64,000 nucleotides of DNA from Paraspadella gotoi (Eukaryota; Animalia; Chaetognatha): assembly GCA_051294375.1 (NCBI GenBank), contig CM119263.1, forward strand, positions 16,769,777 to 16,833,776, written 5' to 3'. The translations under genes and the position numbers were made by a program. Below, one piece after another: positions 1-12,225 of this stretch. Within the stretch, counting starts at the first letter, position 1. Each line of letters starts with the position of its first letter. The notes beneath the pieces were generated by a model that was not told where the DNA came from, did not search any database, and saw only the letters and a program-made list of their open reading frames with translations.

Positions 1-34
1 CCCGACTCCGCCCGAGATCGTACTCCACTCCCAT
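1..34 (-). CDS. Possible first codons (MGVEYDLGRSR...) of a gene running off the left edge
   Basis: Minus strand reads ccagccATGGGAGTGGAGTACGATCTC, a strong Kozak-like context in a GC-rich patch. Too short to identify. Confidence 0.2.
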   Translation of the reverse strand, partial: MGVEYDLGRSR

Positions 35-801
35 GGCTGGTGGCGGAAGGTGGTCGAGGGGGTCACAGTGGTTGTGCCAAAGAGCGAAAGAAAGAAGAAG
101 GAAGTATTGAGAGAAAAGTGTGATTGAGTGAGGACAACGAGATTAAATGAGAATTCCCCAAATAAATTTGACTCAACGTGAAGCGCAGTTACAGCCGGGT
201 GTTTATCGTTAATTTACTCCAAATGTGGCGGTGAAAAAATCTGAGATCATTTCTGTCTTGTCGTAGATAGGGCGATACCTCCCAATTCTTAGACATTCAG
301 GCAGTTGGTGACGGACTTTGATCCCCAATGGGCATTGGGCAATGATGTGGAGTGTCATAGATGACGAGAAATCATCGTTGCAATCGATAATGACGAAGAG
401 AAGAAGAGGAGGTCGTCCTTTCAAGATGGCGTCTTTCGCTTTACAAAGATGCTAAAAGAAAACGTTTTTTTGTGTTGATAATGACGAGCGGGCTATTTAA
501 AGCTAGCGAGCGAAAGGAGAAAAAAAAATTAATATCCGAAGTGGCATCGCAGCGCAGCCAAAAAAAAAAAAAGTATTTTGCCGAATTGAATGAGAAAAAA
601 AAGGGCAAAGAAATCTGGATGATGACAAAAAAGGAAGCGGCGATGGAGGCGACGAAGACGTCGACATTTTTCGCCACATCTTTCGCTAACTGGCGATGGA
701 AGCGGATCGACTGAGCAGGAAGCGTGAGATATTTGAGAGAGTGATATAGAGCGGAATGTGAGGCTCGATAAAATCTCCGTCTTGAGATACTGATAGATGG
801 C

Positions 802-804
<3 letters not shown>

Positions 805-835
<31 letters not shown>

Positions 836-840
836 CTCTG

Positions 841-887
<47 letters not shown>
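805..887. repeat. (CT)n microsatellite
   Basis: Direct reading. Similar CT/GA tracts occur at ~17925-18005, ~22100-22207, ~60316-60395 and ~63563-63767. Confidence 0.95.
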
Positions 888-890
<3 letters not shown>

Positions 891-2699
891 CCGTCCCAGG
901 TCCAGTAAGCAGTATATCAGAATTTTCGCATAAAATCACGTTATCCATCAACGCTGAAAGCGGAAAAATGCGAAGGAGGACGATGAGAAGGGAAGGGAAA
1001 ACAAAAAGCGGAAAATGAAAAAAAAAAGTGAAATTAAATGAATTAGGAAGTGAAATAAAGTTATAAAGCAAAGGAAAAGAAATGAATGCGGGAGGAACAA
1101 CTAGAATGGGAAACAGTAATTGTTGCAGTTGTGATTAAAAGGAAACTTGAAAATGAAAGCTGGAAGAAAAAAACGAAAGAGGAAAATATATAAGGATAGG
1201 AGAGAGGAAAGATAATTTAAAACCGAGAGGAAATGAGAAGCGGAAGGAAAATGAAGAGAAGAGGAAGAAAAGGAAGGGAGAAGCCCGAAAACGCAAAAAT
1301 GAAATGGGAAAGAAAAAAGAAAGAAAGAAGAGAGAGAGAAAGGCGAAACTGAGTAAATATTCCATGGAGGAGAGAAACTCTGGTTCTTAGATACACAAAG
1401 GCGGAAAATGGAAGATGCGTCGAGGAAGAAGAAGGGAGACGTGAAATAATAAACAACTTTACAGAACGGCGTCACTGTAAATGGATATCAGTGAAATAGA
1501 GTAGTGACAAAAAAATACGTAAAAATTACGAATACACTCCATGACATAAATTGTATTTATTATTTATGGAGCAACAAATTGAATTTGTCAAGATGGATCA
1601 AGTTTTTTTACCAGTTTATACTACTGCATCTTTTTTATACATAGCATTTTTTTTCGTTAATCTGTAAATTTTTTACACAATATTTACCAACGTGATATTG
1701 ACAGAAATTGAATCACTTTGTATTCGGAACTGCAACGGGGACCGTCGGCTTAATGGTTACACACCGCTTGTGTACGATCAAAAGATTAAGTGAATAAAGA
1801 AAGATGAAAGGAAAATTGAATGAAAAAGAGACGAGAAAAATAATTTAAAAAAAATATGATAAGTATAGATAAAAAGAAGAAAGAAAGGAGAAAAATAAAA
1901 TGACGACGATGGAGAGAAAAAGCGGAGAACACGGGAGGGAGAAAAAGAGGATAGAGACAGAGAAGACAGACAAAGAGCTTGAAGTGATGAGAGAAACATC
2001 AAATGAAGGTAGGAATCCAAGGGAGGGACAAGGGTAGACAGTTCAAAAGTCAAAAGGGGTGACCGAGAAAGGGGAAACCCTGCATCAAGAAAAAGATGGG
2101 ATATATCTGAACCGGAATTTATTAGCATAATCTCAAGTCCCAACGAGAAATGGAGAGCGTGGAGAAAGAAAGAAATGTAAGAAAAGAGATCTTTTTTTCT
2201 CTTTCCTTATTCATACGAAATTAAGTCGCTCACCAAGGCACTTTTTTCGTATTTTTTTATAATTCTGAGCCTCCTCTCTTACAAATAGTCAAACTGAGCA
2301 AGGAAATCAAAAGAGGTAGTTTTAAGTGACATTTGTTTAGACTTTTGGAGCCCCTCAGTCAGTGATAGTGCCCTCTGTGGGTAGTGGGCACGAAACTTAC
2401 CCCATGTGGTAAGTTAGAAGCCAGATTTTGGACGCCACGCTATGAAGCCCCCTCCTCCCTTTGTTCTCTCTGGGCTTCCTCTCTCCCTTATGCTGTCTTC
2501 TCTCATTCCCTCTCTACCCTCTGCTCCTGCCTCTCACGCGGTATTAGATTTTAACTCCAGCTTCCATTTTTTAACATCAATCTGGATAATTAAAAGGTAA
2601 ATACCCACGCGTAATTCGGACCTGTATTAATTAATTAATTAAATTACATTAAACTAGAGGTTCAAAAATTATGATCAAATGTCAGAAAAAGTAATAAAA

Positions 2700-2736
2700 T
2701 AATAAAAATAATAATAATAATAACAATAATAATAAT

Positions 2737-2830
<94 letters not shown>
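2700..2830. repeat. (TAA)n microsatellite
   Basis: About 130 bp of near-perfect AAT repeats upstream of the 3178 ORF. Confidence 0.95.
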
Positions 2831-2833
<3 letters not shown>

Positions 2834-3177
2834 GTATTAAAAAATTGGTCACAGGGAAAACTAAAGAGGTATCACATAAAACAAAAGTCAAAATTTTTTT
2901 TCTATATCACTGGAGAGAGGTCGCTTGGATCTCCAGATCGTGTCAGATCTTTCAGATCTTTCACAATTCAGTGAAAGATAACGGAATTTTTTCTCCTTTC
3001 AGAAAAAAAATTTGATGCGTTCATTTCAAATTTACATTTCCATTTCAAACGTTATTTGGTACGAAGCATCTTTTGTATTCAAAATCGTTCTAATTTCACA
3101 ATAAAAGGAAAAGACTGGAAATTCTTACATTTCCGGATAAACATTGATTCAGAAAATTCAAAGGAGTCACTAAAACA

Positions 3178-4845
3178 ATGCCGATTAATCGAGATTTTTT
3201 CGAAACTGATCGAGAGCACAGTCAGTACAAAAGGATCATTTTACGAAACGTCCTCGGCGCCGTCTTTCCATATTACTGGCAATCCGGTCGCGGCAGCGAG
3301 CTCTCGAGCAACGGCGACAATGAGGCCTCCATGTATTATTTGGATGGCTTTGGTGGAAGCGGCCGATATGGAGGCTCGCTGACTCAGCGATTAGAAGATG
3401 ACGTGAGCTTGTTCGGTTCGCCCATCATCGCCGTCCACAAAGCCATTGAGGCCCTTAAAAATCTTGGCAAAACTTGCGACGACTACAGGTTCTACAAAGC
3501 GGTCGGCGCAAAATCTTACGTCGTCAAGTTTTTCTTCAACGAATTTAACTCCACGAATTTAACATCGCTGAAAGAACAAGTGGTGCGGAGATTCGACCTT
3601 CACGGGTGGCGCCGGTGGCCGTTGGCATCACCCGAAAACTGCGTCGAAGAATCTATGGTGTTTTCCGGCGCCGTGGCGCTTGCTGGTGGAGGAGAAAAGA
3701 AATTGAAGATCAAAGTCGAATTTTTGAACCAAAGGTTTGAAAATTTGAATTTATCCGCCATCCCCTCGCCGCTGTTCAGTTTTGTGGATCCGTTTGGCAT
3801 CGCACAGATCCCGATGTCTTCGGTTTCCCAGCTTATCGGCCCCGATCGAGAAATTTTTCTCAATCTCATGGTGGCAACTATAAACCGTCATTTTGATCGA
3901 CCCGGCACTGCTGTGGAAAAACTCTATGGACCCTGCATGGATGATAATTTCGTCGAACTGGCCCGACTCTTTGATGGACTCGACAAGTTGCAGTTTCTCG
4001 CCGACCATTATTTTCAATCGGTCGATAGAGAATTCAGAATAAAGGAAAGCGATTCCTGGCCCGATGGTTACCATTCTGTCAAGTTTGCATTCCGCAAAGG
4101 AACCACAGACCCGGATGTCGGCACCATATACTATATGGGATTCGCCTCCTGCAAACTCAATTTCATGCAGATCGCCAAGCAAGGGATGATGAAAGTCACT
4201 GACGAGCCCCTCACTCTCAGTTTTTCTCAATTTTATCGAAAAAACCGAGTGGACATTCCGTACGAACGGAAAACAACCGATAGGGATGAGGCGGAGGTAA
4301 TTTTAGACCACTTCGAAGGCCAAACGATCGAGTTGGGCCAGATCCGAAAATGGATTTTGCTCGAAACAGCCTTCGTGTATCACTCGAAAGCGTTGAAGTT
4401 CATGGAAGATCGTTTGTTCATCGTCAACGTCGACTCATTAGGAGAAAAGAGAATTATGGGAACGTTTTCCTCTCGCGTTCCTCTTAGCGTTTATCAATCT
4501 GACGGAGTCCAACACTATCAAAAATACCACAACCGTTACAAGGTGACCTTTTGCAGCGAAGACCTCAAAACGAAATTGATGAATTTCATTGAATCGGAAC
4601 CTGACATAGACGCCTTCAAGGGTTTTCTGCTGGAGAAGTTGAGCCAGTTTTCCACTTGCACTACGAGAAAGGAATTAATGAGTCAGACGTCGGTCAGAGT
4701 ACGAAAAATGCTGAAGGTGACGGGCATGAACAACGCACTGAAGGAATTGGAGGAAGAAAACGCGATAAGTTTAGATCCTCCTGGAAAAAATATTTGTCAT
4801 CAAACTATTCAAGTGAAAACGAAAAAACGCAGAAGTGAAACGTGA
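3178..4845 (+). CDS. Intronless 555-aa TcmP-like (three-Cys-motif partner / GMT-like) Rossmann-fold methyltransferase-like protein with C-terminal winged-helix-like region(s)
   Basis: Long uninterrupted ORF. Motifs appear in the order typical of bacterial TcmP: HSQYKRIILRNVL (cf. HTxxKxxILxxYL), YYLDGFGGSGRY (SAM motif I, cf. YIDGFAGPGxY), GSPIIA, FFFNE, FSFVDPFG, EIFLNLMVATINR, IYYMGFAS. These are followed by ILDHFEGQTIELGQIRKWILLETAF...KALKFME and NALKELEEENAI (wHTH-like). Family call is from recalled motifs, not a search. Confidence 0.75.
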   Translation: MPINRDFFETDREHSQYKRIILRNVLGAVFPYYWQSGRGSELSSNGDNEASMYYLDGFGGSGRYGGSLTQRLEDDVSLFGSPIIAVHKAIEALKNLGKTCDDYRFYKAVGAKSYVVKFFFNEFNSTNLTSLKEQVVRRFDLHGWRRWPLASPENCVEESMVFSGAVALAGGGEKKLKIKVEFLNQRFENLNLSAIPSPLFSFVDPFGIAQIPMSSVSQLIGPDREIFLNLMVATINRHFDRPGTAVEKLYGPCMDDNFVELARLFDGLDKLQFLADHYFQSVDREFRIKESDSWPDGYHSVKFAFRKGTTDPDVGTIYYMGFASCKLNFMQIAKQGMMKVTDEPLTLSFSQFYRKNRVDIPYERKTTDRDEAEVILDHFEGQTIELGQIRKWILLETAFVYHSKALKFMEDRLFIVNVDSLGEKRIMGTFSSRVPLSVYQSDGVQHYQKYHNRYKVTFCSEDLKTKLMNFIESEPDIDAFKGFLLEKLSQFSTCTTRKELMSQTSVRVRKMLKVTGMNNALKELEEENAISLDPPGKNICHQTIQVKTKKRRSET

Positions 4846-5708
4846 ACATTTTAGTTTGTTTTTGAACATCAGAAAACGCATGTTGTAATGACAATGGATA
4901 ACGAAAAAGGAAACCAAACATTTAAAAAAAAAATTAATATATACTAACGCCATTTATTACCTCTGGGAATTTAATTTGTTGTTTTCACTAACGTTTCGTT
5001 AAAAACATTGTCTCAATTATTACAATATTAATATACATAATGCCAATTTTGTACACACCTGTTTTTTATTGCTTAGAAATAAAGATGCATACTAGATTGC
5101 CAGAAAATCGATAAAAAATGACCCGGCTCATTCATTTTTCTTCCCGTTTATCTTCAACTACGTAAACCCAAATTAGTATTTACGGGTTAAAAAAAAGAAT
5201 TTAACGAAACTTTAGAATTAACTAGATAAAAAAAAAGTTTATAACGTAAAAAAAAAAAAGATGAAATCGAAAGCGAAAACTAGGTTGGGGCGAAGCTGTG
5301 AGAAAGGAGGAGTCACGTGGTTAGAGTCTGTTTTTTTTTTGTTTTTTTTTTTCGAAAAACGAAGAGAGCAGCTCGATCGAAAAAGAGGCGGGGGTTGGGG
5401 GAGAAGGGTGGTTATTGGGTGGGACAGGGGAGGGTTACATTGCTAAAAGTTAATTAGTAAGAAAGGGAAGAACGGAGTTAAGAGAAGTGAATTTTAGGGG
5501 TTGATAGAACGGAAAACAATGACGCTCCATCCATTCATTCATTTTTTACTACTTCTGGAAGTCCTGAATTGATTTTGAGGCTGTTCCTCCTTTCGTCTTT
5601 TACTCTGTTTGTCTCTCTATTTCGAGATCCGTAAACGCGTAATTTTAAACCCCGAAAACTTTCCTCACCACTTATAGTTTTTTTTATATCCTACTTTTTT
5701 AACGTAAT

Positions 5709-5768
5709 GTCCACGGACAGACAGGCAGAAAATCGTCTAATAGAGTCGCGTTTCCACGCGACTGAAAA
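5709..5768 (-). mobile_element. HINE/Helentron-like element end (palindrome plus GTCY tract)
   Basis: Minus strand ttttcagtcgcgtggaaacgcgactctattag...ctgtctgtccgtgg. Same architecture as 11229-11297 and 18508-18580. Confidence 0.45.
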
Positions 5769-7688
5769 TTGAGGGAAGGTTTTTGGAGTGCGGGTGACGG
5801 GGTGATGTTTTCCAATTCGACGGAGACGAATTGAGATTCAAGTTTGCAGGAAACAGAGGGTGATTCAGGGTGAATAACTTGCGCGACTTGAGCGCTTTAA
5901 TCGTGAATCGTTTAAAGTCACTCGATAAAACGTTCAACTCTCTTTTAATATATGAAAAGCAAAACAGGTTCCTTAAAGAAGAAAAAAATAATGGCTTGGG
6001 GCTTGTTGAATATTCTCGTCGACATAGGCTGTTGATTTAAAAAGCGACTGTAATGACACTAAAAGGAAAAAAATACTTTCGAATTGGATTGTACGATGCT
6101 TTTTATACGCATAAACACACACACATACTCATAAACATTTATTTTCGTAATTATATTATTAAATTTACATTAGTATCGCGACCAAAGCGTCTTGGATTGT
6201 GAAGCCACGACTTTTTTAACTACACCGTCGGAAAAAACATTTGGCGTTTCCCGTGACTCTTCGCTTCGAATGAATCAGACCGTCACGTGACGTGACGTCA
6301 TTAGAAATAGTGATTCTCTCTAATTCACGTGACCTCTTTCAGTCACCTGGCCTATATCAGACAGACTCGGATCTTTTGCCTCAATGCAGCCATGACCTAT
6401 CGCTTCNNNNNNNNNNNNNNNNNNNNNNNNNNNNNNNNNNNNNNNNNNNNNNNNNNNNNNNNNNNNNNNNNNNNNNNNNNNNNNNNNNNNNNNNNNNNNN
6501 NNNNNNNNNNNNNNNNNNNNNNNNNNNNNNNNNNNNNNNNNNNNNNNNNNNNNNNNNNNNNNNNNNNNNNNNNNNNNNNNNNNNNNNNNNNNNNNNNNNN
6601 NNNNNNNNNNNNNNNNNNNNNNNNNNNNNNNNNNNNNNNNNNNNNNNNNNNNNNNNNNNNNNNNNNNNNNNNNNNNNNNNNNNNNNNNNNNNNNNNNNNN
6701 NNNNNNNNNNNNNNNNNNNNNNNNNNNNNNNNNNNNNNNNNNNNNNNNNNNNNNNNNNNNNNNNNNNNNNNNNNNNNNNNNNNNNNNNNNNNNNNNNNNN
6801 NNNNNNNNNNNNNNNNNNNNNNNNNNNNNNNNNNNNNNNNNNNNNNNNNNNNNNNNNNNNNNNNNNNNNNNNNNNNNNNNNNNNNNNNNNNNNNNNNNNN
6901 NNNNNNNNNNNNNNNNNNNNNNNNNNNNNNNNNNNNNNNNNNNNNNNNNNNNNNNNNTAACGTATTCTCAACGTTAAATTTAATTTCAAGATTTATCTGA
7001 GTTTTTCTTGTACAAGGTCTAGAATTTAAATCCGGAATCCCAAATGAAGAAAAACTGAAAATAAAAAATCCTCTTGAGGTGCGACGAAGCCAGGAAATAA
7101 GATGACGTATACATAATCTTTAGAAACTGAAATAATAAAATGTTAGCCGAATTTCGTTTTGGTATTACGACTGCGGTGTTCCCATTCGTGAAATCCGTTT
7201 CTGTCGACGTTAGTGTCAAGAGTCGACTCGTCTTTCGAGTTCTTTTTATGTCTCTTTGAAGTTATATAATTATAAATTTACTTTTGTTTAAAAATAAAAT
7301 AACAATTGCTTCTCCGTTTCTTAGAAAGAGACATTTAAACTGTTTTACATCTTTCCGTATGTATATTTTCATATATTTACGATGATATAAAGAACAGAAT
7401 TCATTCTTCGTGACATTCCGAAAACAGTTGCTCACAAATCCTCGTAAATTATTCCGGACGGTGCCCTTATAAGCTGAAATGAATGGTCGCCGTTGACGTT
7501 TGCCCAATGTCATCGGCGAAATCCGTTGACCTACGAGGTCAACGACCTGAGGCATTCGAATCCTAATTAAGGTCAACAGCCAACTGTTTTGTTTTGTTTT
7601 TGTTTTTGTTTTTATTATAACGTTATTCCCCTCTTTTGCTTCCAACTGATTCTGCGCTTACCTACTCACCGAGTCGATATATAATGTA

Positions 7689-7979
7689 CAGGGGTGGGAC
7701 CCTATATCGAGACAAAATTTAAAAAATCATTACTGATTTAATCATTAATGATTTTTAAAATCTGAATAAATATTCTCTTAGATTTTAGACGATATGTTAA
7801 TTGTTTTAAACTTCTTTGATGTTATGCTTTTTTTACTACGGCGCCTTAAAAATTTTTTTTCATTGAATATAAAAGTAAAAATCCAAAAAAACTTTTGCCA
7901 CTCACTTTATTATTGTATCTCAAATCGTTCAGACAGGGCAAGACGTTAAGTTTTGTCTCGATATAGGGTCCCACCCCTG
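7689..7979. mobile_element. Tc1/mariner-type MITE (291 bp)
   Basis: Perfect 29-bp TIRs (CAGGGGTGGGACCCTATATCGAGACAAAA at 7689 and its reverse complement ending 7979), TA on both sides (7687-88, 7980-81), AT-rich non-coding interior. Confidence 0.9.
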
Positions 7980-9437
7980 TATATACCTTACCTTTTCCAC
8001 TTAAGCATCCATTTTTGTCCTCGTTTTCCTTTAAACGTTTTCCTCCCTTCAACCTTTCCTATTGATTCCTCGCCAATTCTCGCCTTCCAATAGAAATTAC
8101 TTTTTAATCGCTGTTTGTGCTCGTTTCTGTCTTCCTTGCGAAATTTTAGCCAAGTGCATGCACTCTGGGAGTTAAAAAATATGACTGTGATACTCTTGCT
8201 ATGTTATTATCTGTCCAAGTTTAGGGGCAAGAAGTTTATTCATTAAATGAACAGATAATTAGTTACCAATTTCATACTGGGGACCTAAACTCTGAAAAGA
8301 ATGATTTACCTCAACGAATGAGATCTCATCTCTCCGCAGGACGCCAATGTTATTTTCGTCTCTCGCCTCGCTAATCAGCCTTCATTCCGCTTTGCCACTC
8401 GGTGATTTTTCCGGTTCTGCCTCCCGAGCAATCGAGTCCTATTCCTCGCAATATCTTCTTCTCCACGACCAACAGTTTCCGCAGTTTCTTCCCTCACCTC
8501 GATTTCTCCTCCTCATCGTGTTACTCACCATCAAACTCACCCCCCGAACCTCACCCAAACCGCTCATCCTCTCACGACTTAACCTGCTCAGCAGTAAAGA
8601 AAAATTCGCAGTCGAATAACAAAAGAAAATCATGAAAGTAAAATTTGTTCACCGTTGAGAATTTAACGCGCGAATACCTGAAGCGCGCCGGGACTCTGGG
8701 ATGGGATTTTGCACATAAATATTTTGAGCTTACAAATTTGAATGAATTAAAAAGATTCGTTTCGCGTTCAAGTGTATGTAAATTTTATTTAAGTTTATTG
8801 ATGGATTTTAAACCTTTACCTTGACCGTTTTAGTAAAAAAATTTAAAATATTTTAACTTTTATTCTCATGATTTAATAGCTGATTAAGCATAGCTTGTTA
8901 AATTTCTGATCCAATGATCTTATCGAGCCTTCACTGTATAGAGGTTTCCCGAATTCAAATTTAGCCTAATTTATTCAATAACTCGATTCACCCTCGTCTG
9001 TATTCCCAAGAGTCCTTCTTTTTAATACTTCGCTGCTTTTATGCCCACCTTAAAAGACTCTTTGCCCTTGAATTTCTTCTAAAGAAACCGCTCCCCTCAA
9101 AAAAAAAAAAAAAATGGTGAATGCCAATTATATTAATTCAAATTTTGAGAGACTTGATTTAGGCAATTTTATCATTCATTTTCATGAAAATAATTTTTAT
9201 CTCGTAAAACCGTATGAGAAATATTAAAAAGAAAAAAAAAATTAAAAAGCCGGTAATGGCTACTAAAAGTAGATTAAGAAAAAAAATAAACAATGCATTT
9301 TTGCATGAAAAAGAATAATTTTTGCGTTCGAAAAAATCAGTTTGTTTTTTGTTTGTTTTAGGGATGAATTTCAAATTTATAGGAGCATAATGCTGATGAC
9401 GTAAAGCTGAAGAGTAATAAAATACGGACTGAGAGAG

Positions 9438-9468
<31 letters not shown>

Positions 9469-11228
9469 GNNNNNNNNNNNNNNNNNNNNNNNNNNNNNNN
9501 NNNNNNNNNNNNNNNNNNNNNNNNNNNNNNNNNNNNNNNNNNNNNNNNNNNNNNNNNNNNNNNNNNNNNNNNNNNNNNNNNNNNNNNNNNNNNNNNNNNN
9601 NNNNNNNNNNNNNNNNNNNNNNNNNNNNNNNNNNNNNNNNNNNNNNNNNNNNNNNNNNNNNNNNNNNNNNNNNNNNNNNNNNNNNNNNNNNNNNNNNNNN
9701 NNNNNNNNNNNNNNNNNNNNNNNNNNNNNNNNNNNNNNNNNNNNNNNNNNNNNNNNNNNNNNNNNNNNNNNNNNNNNNNNNNNNNNNNNNNNNNNNNNNN
9801 NNNNNNNNNNNNNNNNNNNNNNNNNNNNNNNNNNNNNNNNNNNNNNNNNNNNNNNNNNNNNNNNNNNNNNNNNNNNNNNNNNNNNNNNNNNNNNNNNNNN
9901 NNNNNNNNNNNNNNNNNNNNNNNNNNNNNNNNNNNNNNNNNNNNNNNNNNNNNNNNNNNNNNNNNNNNNNNNNNNNNNNNNNNNNNNNNNNNNNNNNNNN
10001 NNNNNNNNNNNNNNNNNNNNNNNNNNNNNNNNNNNNNNNNNNNNNNNNNNNNNNNNNNNNNNNNNNNNNNNNNNNNNNNNNNNNNNNNNNNNNNNNNNNN
10101 NNNNNNNNNNNNNNNNNNNNNNNNNNNNNNNNNNNNNNNNNNNNNNNNNNNNNNNNNNNNNNNNNNNNNNNNNNNNNNNNNNNNNNNNNNNNNNNNNNNN
10201 NNNNNNNNNNNNNNNNNNNNNNNNNNNNNNNNNNNNNNNNNNNNNNNNNNNNNNNNNNNNNNNNNNNNNNNNNNNNNNNNNNNNNNNNNNNNNNNNNNNN
10301 NNNNNNNNNNNNNNNNNNNNNNNNNNNNNNNNNNNNNNNNNNNNNNNNNNNNNNNNNNNNNNNNNNNCGCCAATCCTGAGAACCAATTTCTCCCGAACCG
10401 AAATCGTCGCCTACGAAATAAAAACTGGGAATCAAAGACATAAGCGAACTAGAAAAAAACTTCTTTTAATCTTCTTAACATTTTTCTCTTGTACCTTTCT
10501 CTCCTCAGTCCCGTCACCTTGCCCCTACTTGTTCCGCAATCTGACTTTTTTTTAAAGCTAGGTTTGACATATTATCAGACAAATTGGAATTGACTTTTTA
10601 TGTACAATCATCATACATTCGTATCTTTTTCTAATTAAGGATCGAATTGGTTTCATTTTCGTGAACCTACTTATTTTTTAATTACCTTGTTTTTGATGAC
10701 TTATGTGTAAAATATAAAAATTAACTAAATTTATGTTTAACCTGGCTATTTTTAATGTTCATGTTTCACAATAAATTTCTTTGGCAACCTACCTAAACCA
10801 TCCCTGCTCGATTTTCTCTGCGTCATACGCTGCCAGAAATAATCTTTGAATAATGAGTGAAACTATTCTTCGAGACAAGTTGATTCGGTTTCGTTATCGA
10901 AGAATCAAAGCGAGCGACGTATAATCTTCTATAGAACGACTTCGACCGCCTACACTGACAGGAGTATGCGGATGCCTGGGCCCCTAAAAAAAGGAAAGCC
11001 GTCGTCAAATCAAAATATAAAGCACAATCTCCATAAGAATTTTAAGTTACAAAGAGGTACAAAACAATCTTTCGAATAAAAACTTTTTTTTAGTTCACCA
11101 CTCCTTATTTTTCAATTTCCTCCGTCCATGTCCTAAAGCCTCAGCTTCCATCTTGTCTGTCATCATGACCGATCTCTTCTGAACTTACAACGTTTTCGCA
11201 TTTATATCGTCATCGCCGGAATTTATTA

Positions 11229-11297
11229 CTTTTTAGTTCCGCCGCGAGTACTCGCGAAGCAACTCTATAAGTCGGTTTTCGGTCGGTCCGTCGGTCC
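11229..11297 (+). mobile_element. HINE/Helentron-like element end, truncated by assembly gap
   Basis: T-run, agtt...cgcgagtactcgcg...aactctataa palindrome, then gtcggtccgtcggtcc (GTCY/GTCG tract typical of DINE-1/HINE elements). Confidence 0.5.
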
Positions 11298-12225
11298 NNN
11301 NNNNNNNNNNNNNNNNNNNNNNNNNNNNNNNNNNNNNNNNNNNNNNNNNNNNNNNNNNNNNNNNNNNNNNNNNNNNNNNNNNNNNNNNNNNNNNNNNNNN
11401 NNNNNNNNNNNNNNNNNNNNNNNNNNNNNNNNNNNNNNNNNNNNNNNNNNNNNNNNNNNNNNNNNNNNNNNNNNNNNNNNNNNNNNNNNNNNNNNNNNNN
11501 NNNNNNNNNNNNNNNNNNNNNNNNNNNNNNNNNNNNNNNNNNNNNNNNNNNNNNNNNNNNNNNNNNNNNNNNNNNNNNNNNNNNNNNNNNNNNNNNNNNN
11601 NNNNNNNNNNNNNNNNNNNNNNNNNNNNNNNNNNNNNNNNNNNNNNNNNNNNNNNNNNNNNNNNNNNNNNNNNNNNNNNNNNNNNNNNNNNNNNNNNNNN
11701 NNNNNNNNNNNNNNNNNNNNNNNNNNNNNNNNNNNNNNNNNNNNNNNNNNNNNNNNNNNNNNNNNNNNNNNNNNNNNNNNNNNNNNNNNNNNNNNNNNNN
11801 NNNNNNNNNNNNNNNNNNNNNNNNNNNNNNNNNNNNNNNNNNNNNNNNNNNNNNNNNNNNNNNNNNNNNNNNNNNNNNNNNNNNNNNNNNNNNNNNNNNN
11901 NNNNNNNNNNNNNNNNNNNNCGCCCATCGACCCCAAGTCCTTTCCTAACGACGACAAATCCTCTAACCCTCTGTCTGACCCGAGACACAGATACACTCAC
12001 AGTTACAGGTGAAAGGAAAAGGAAAACGAACGAACGAACAATAAGCGTTTGATCAGTTTACTTTAAATCTGCAGCATCGAGTTACCGCAACAGAAGCAAC
12101 CAACGAAACGATCGTGCCTCAAAGATCGGTCTCTGCCGACGCTGCCGACCTTGGCGACGCCAGGGGGCCAGAAGTTGGCGTCGACGTGGAAGCGACTCAA
12201 GTCCGGAGCGTCGGGCGCGTTTAGT

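Noticed and set aside
441-2143. Many low-complexity ORFs (ERER, SLSL, FFF-rich) here and at 19792-20173, 22040-22311, 63315-63874
   Set aside because: Translations of microsatellites and purine/pyrimidine tracts, with no coding signal.
2361-2420. Hammerhead-like arrangement: GTGCCC/GGGCAC stem, GAAAC, TTACC/GGTAA stem, GTT
   Set aside because: The essential CUGANGA box reads AGTGATA and no stem I can be formed; at best a decayed relic.
6292-12000. Long ORFs consisting of X
   Set aside because: Artefacts of N gaps (6407-6957, 9470-10367, 11298-11920).
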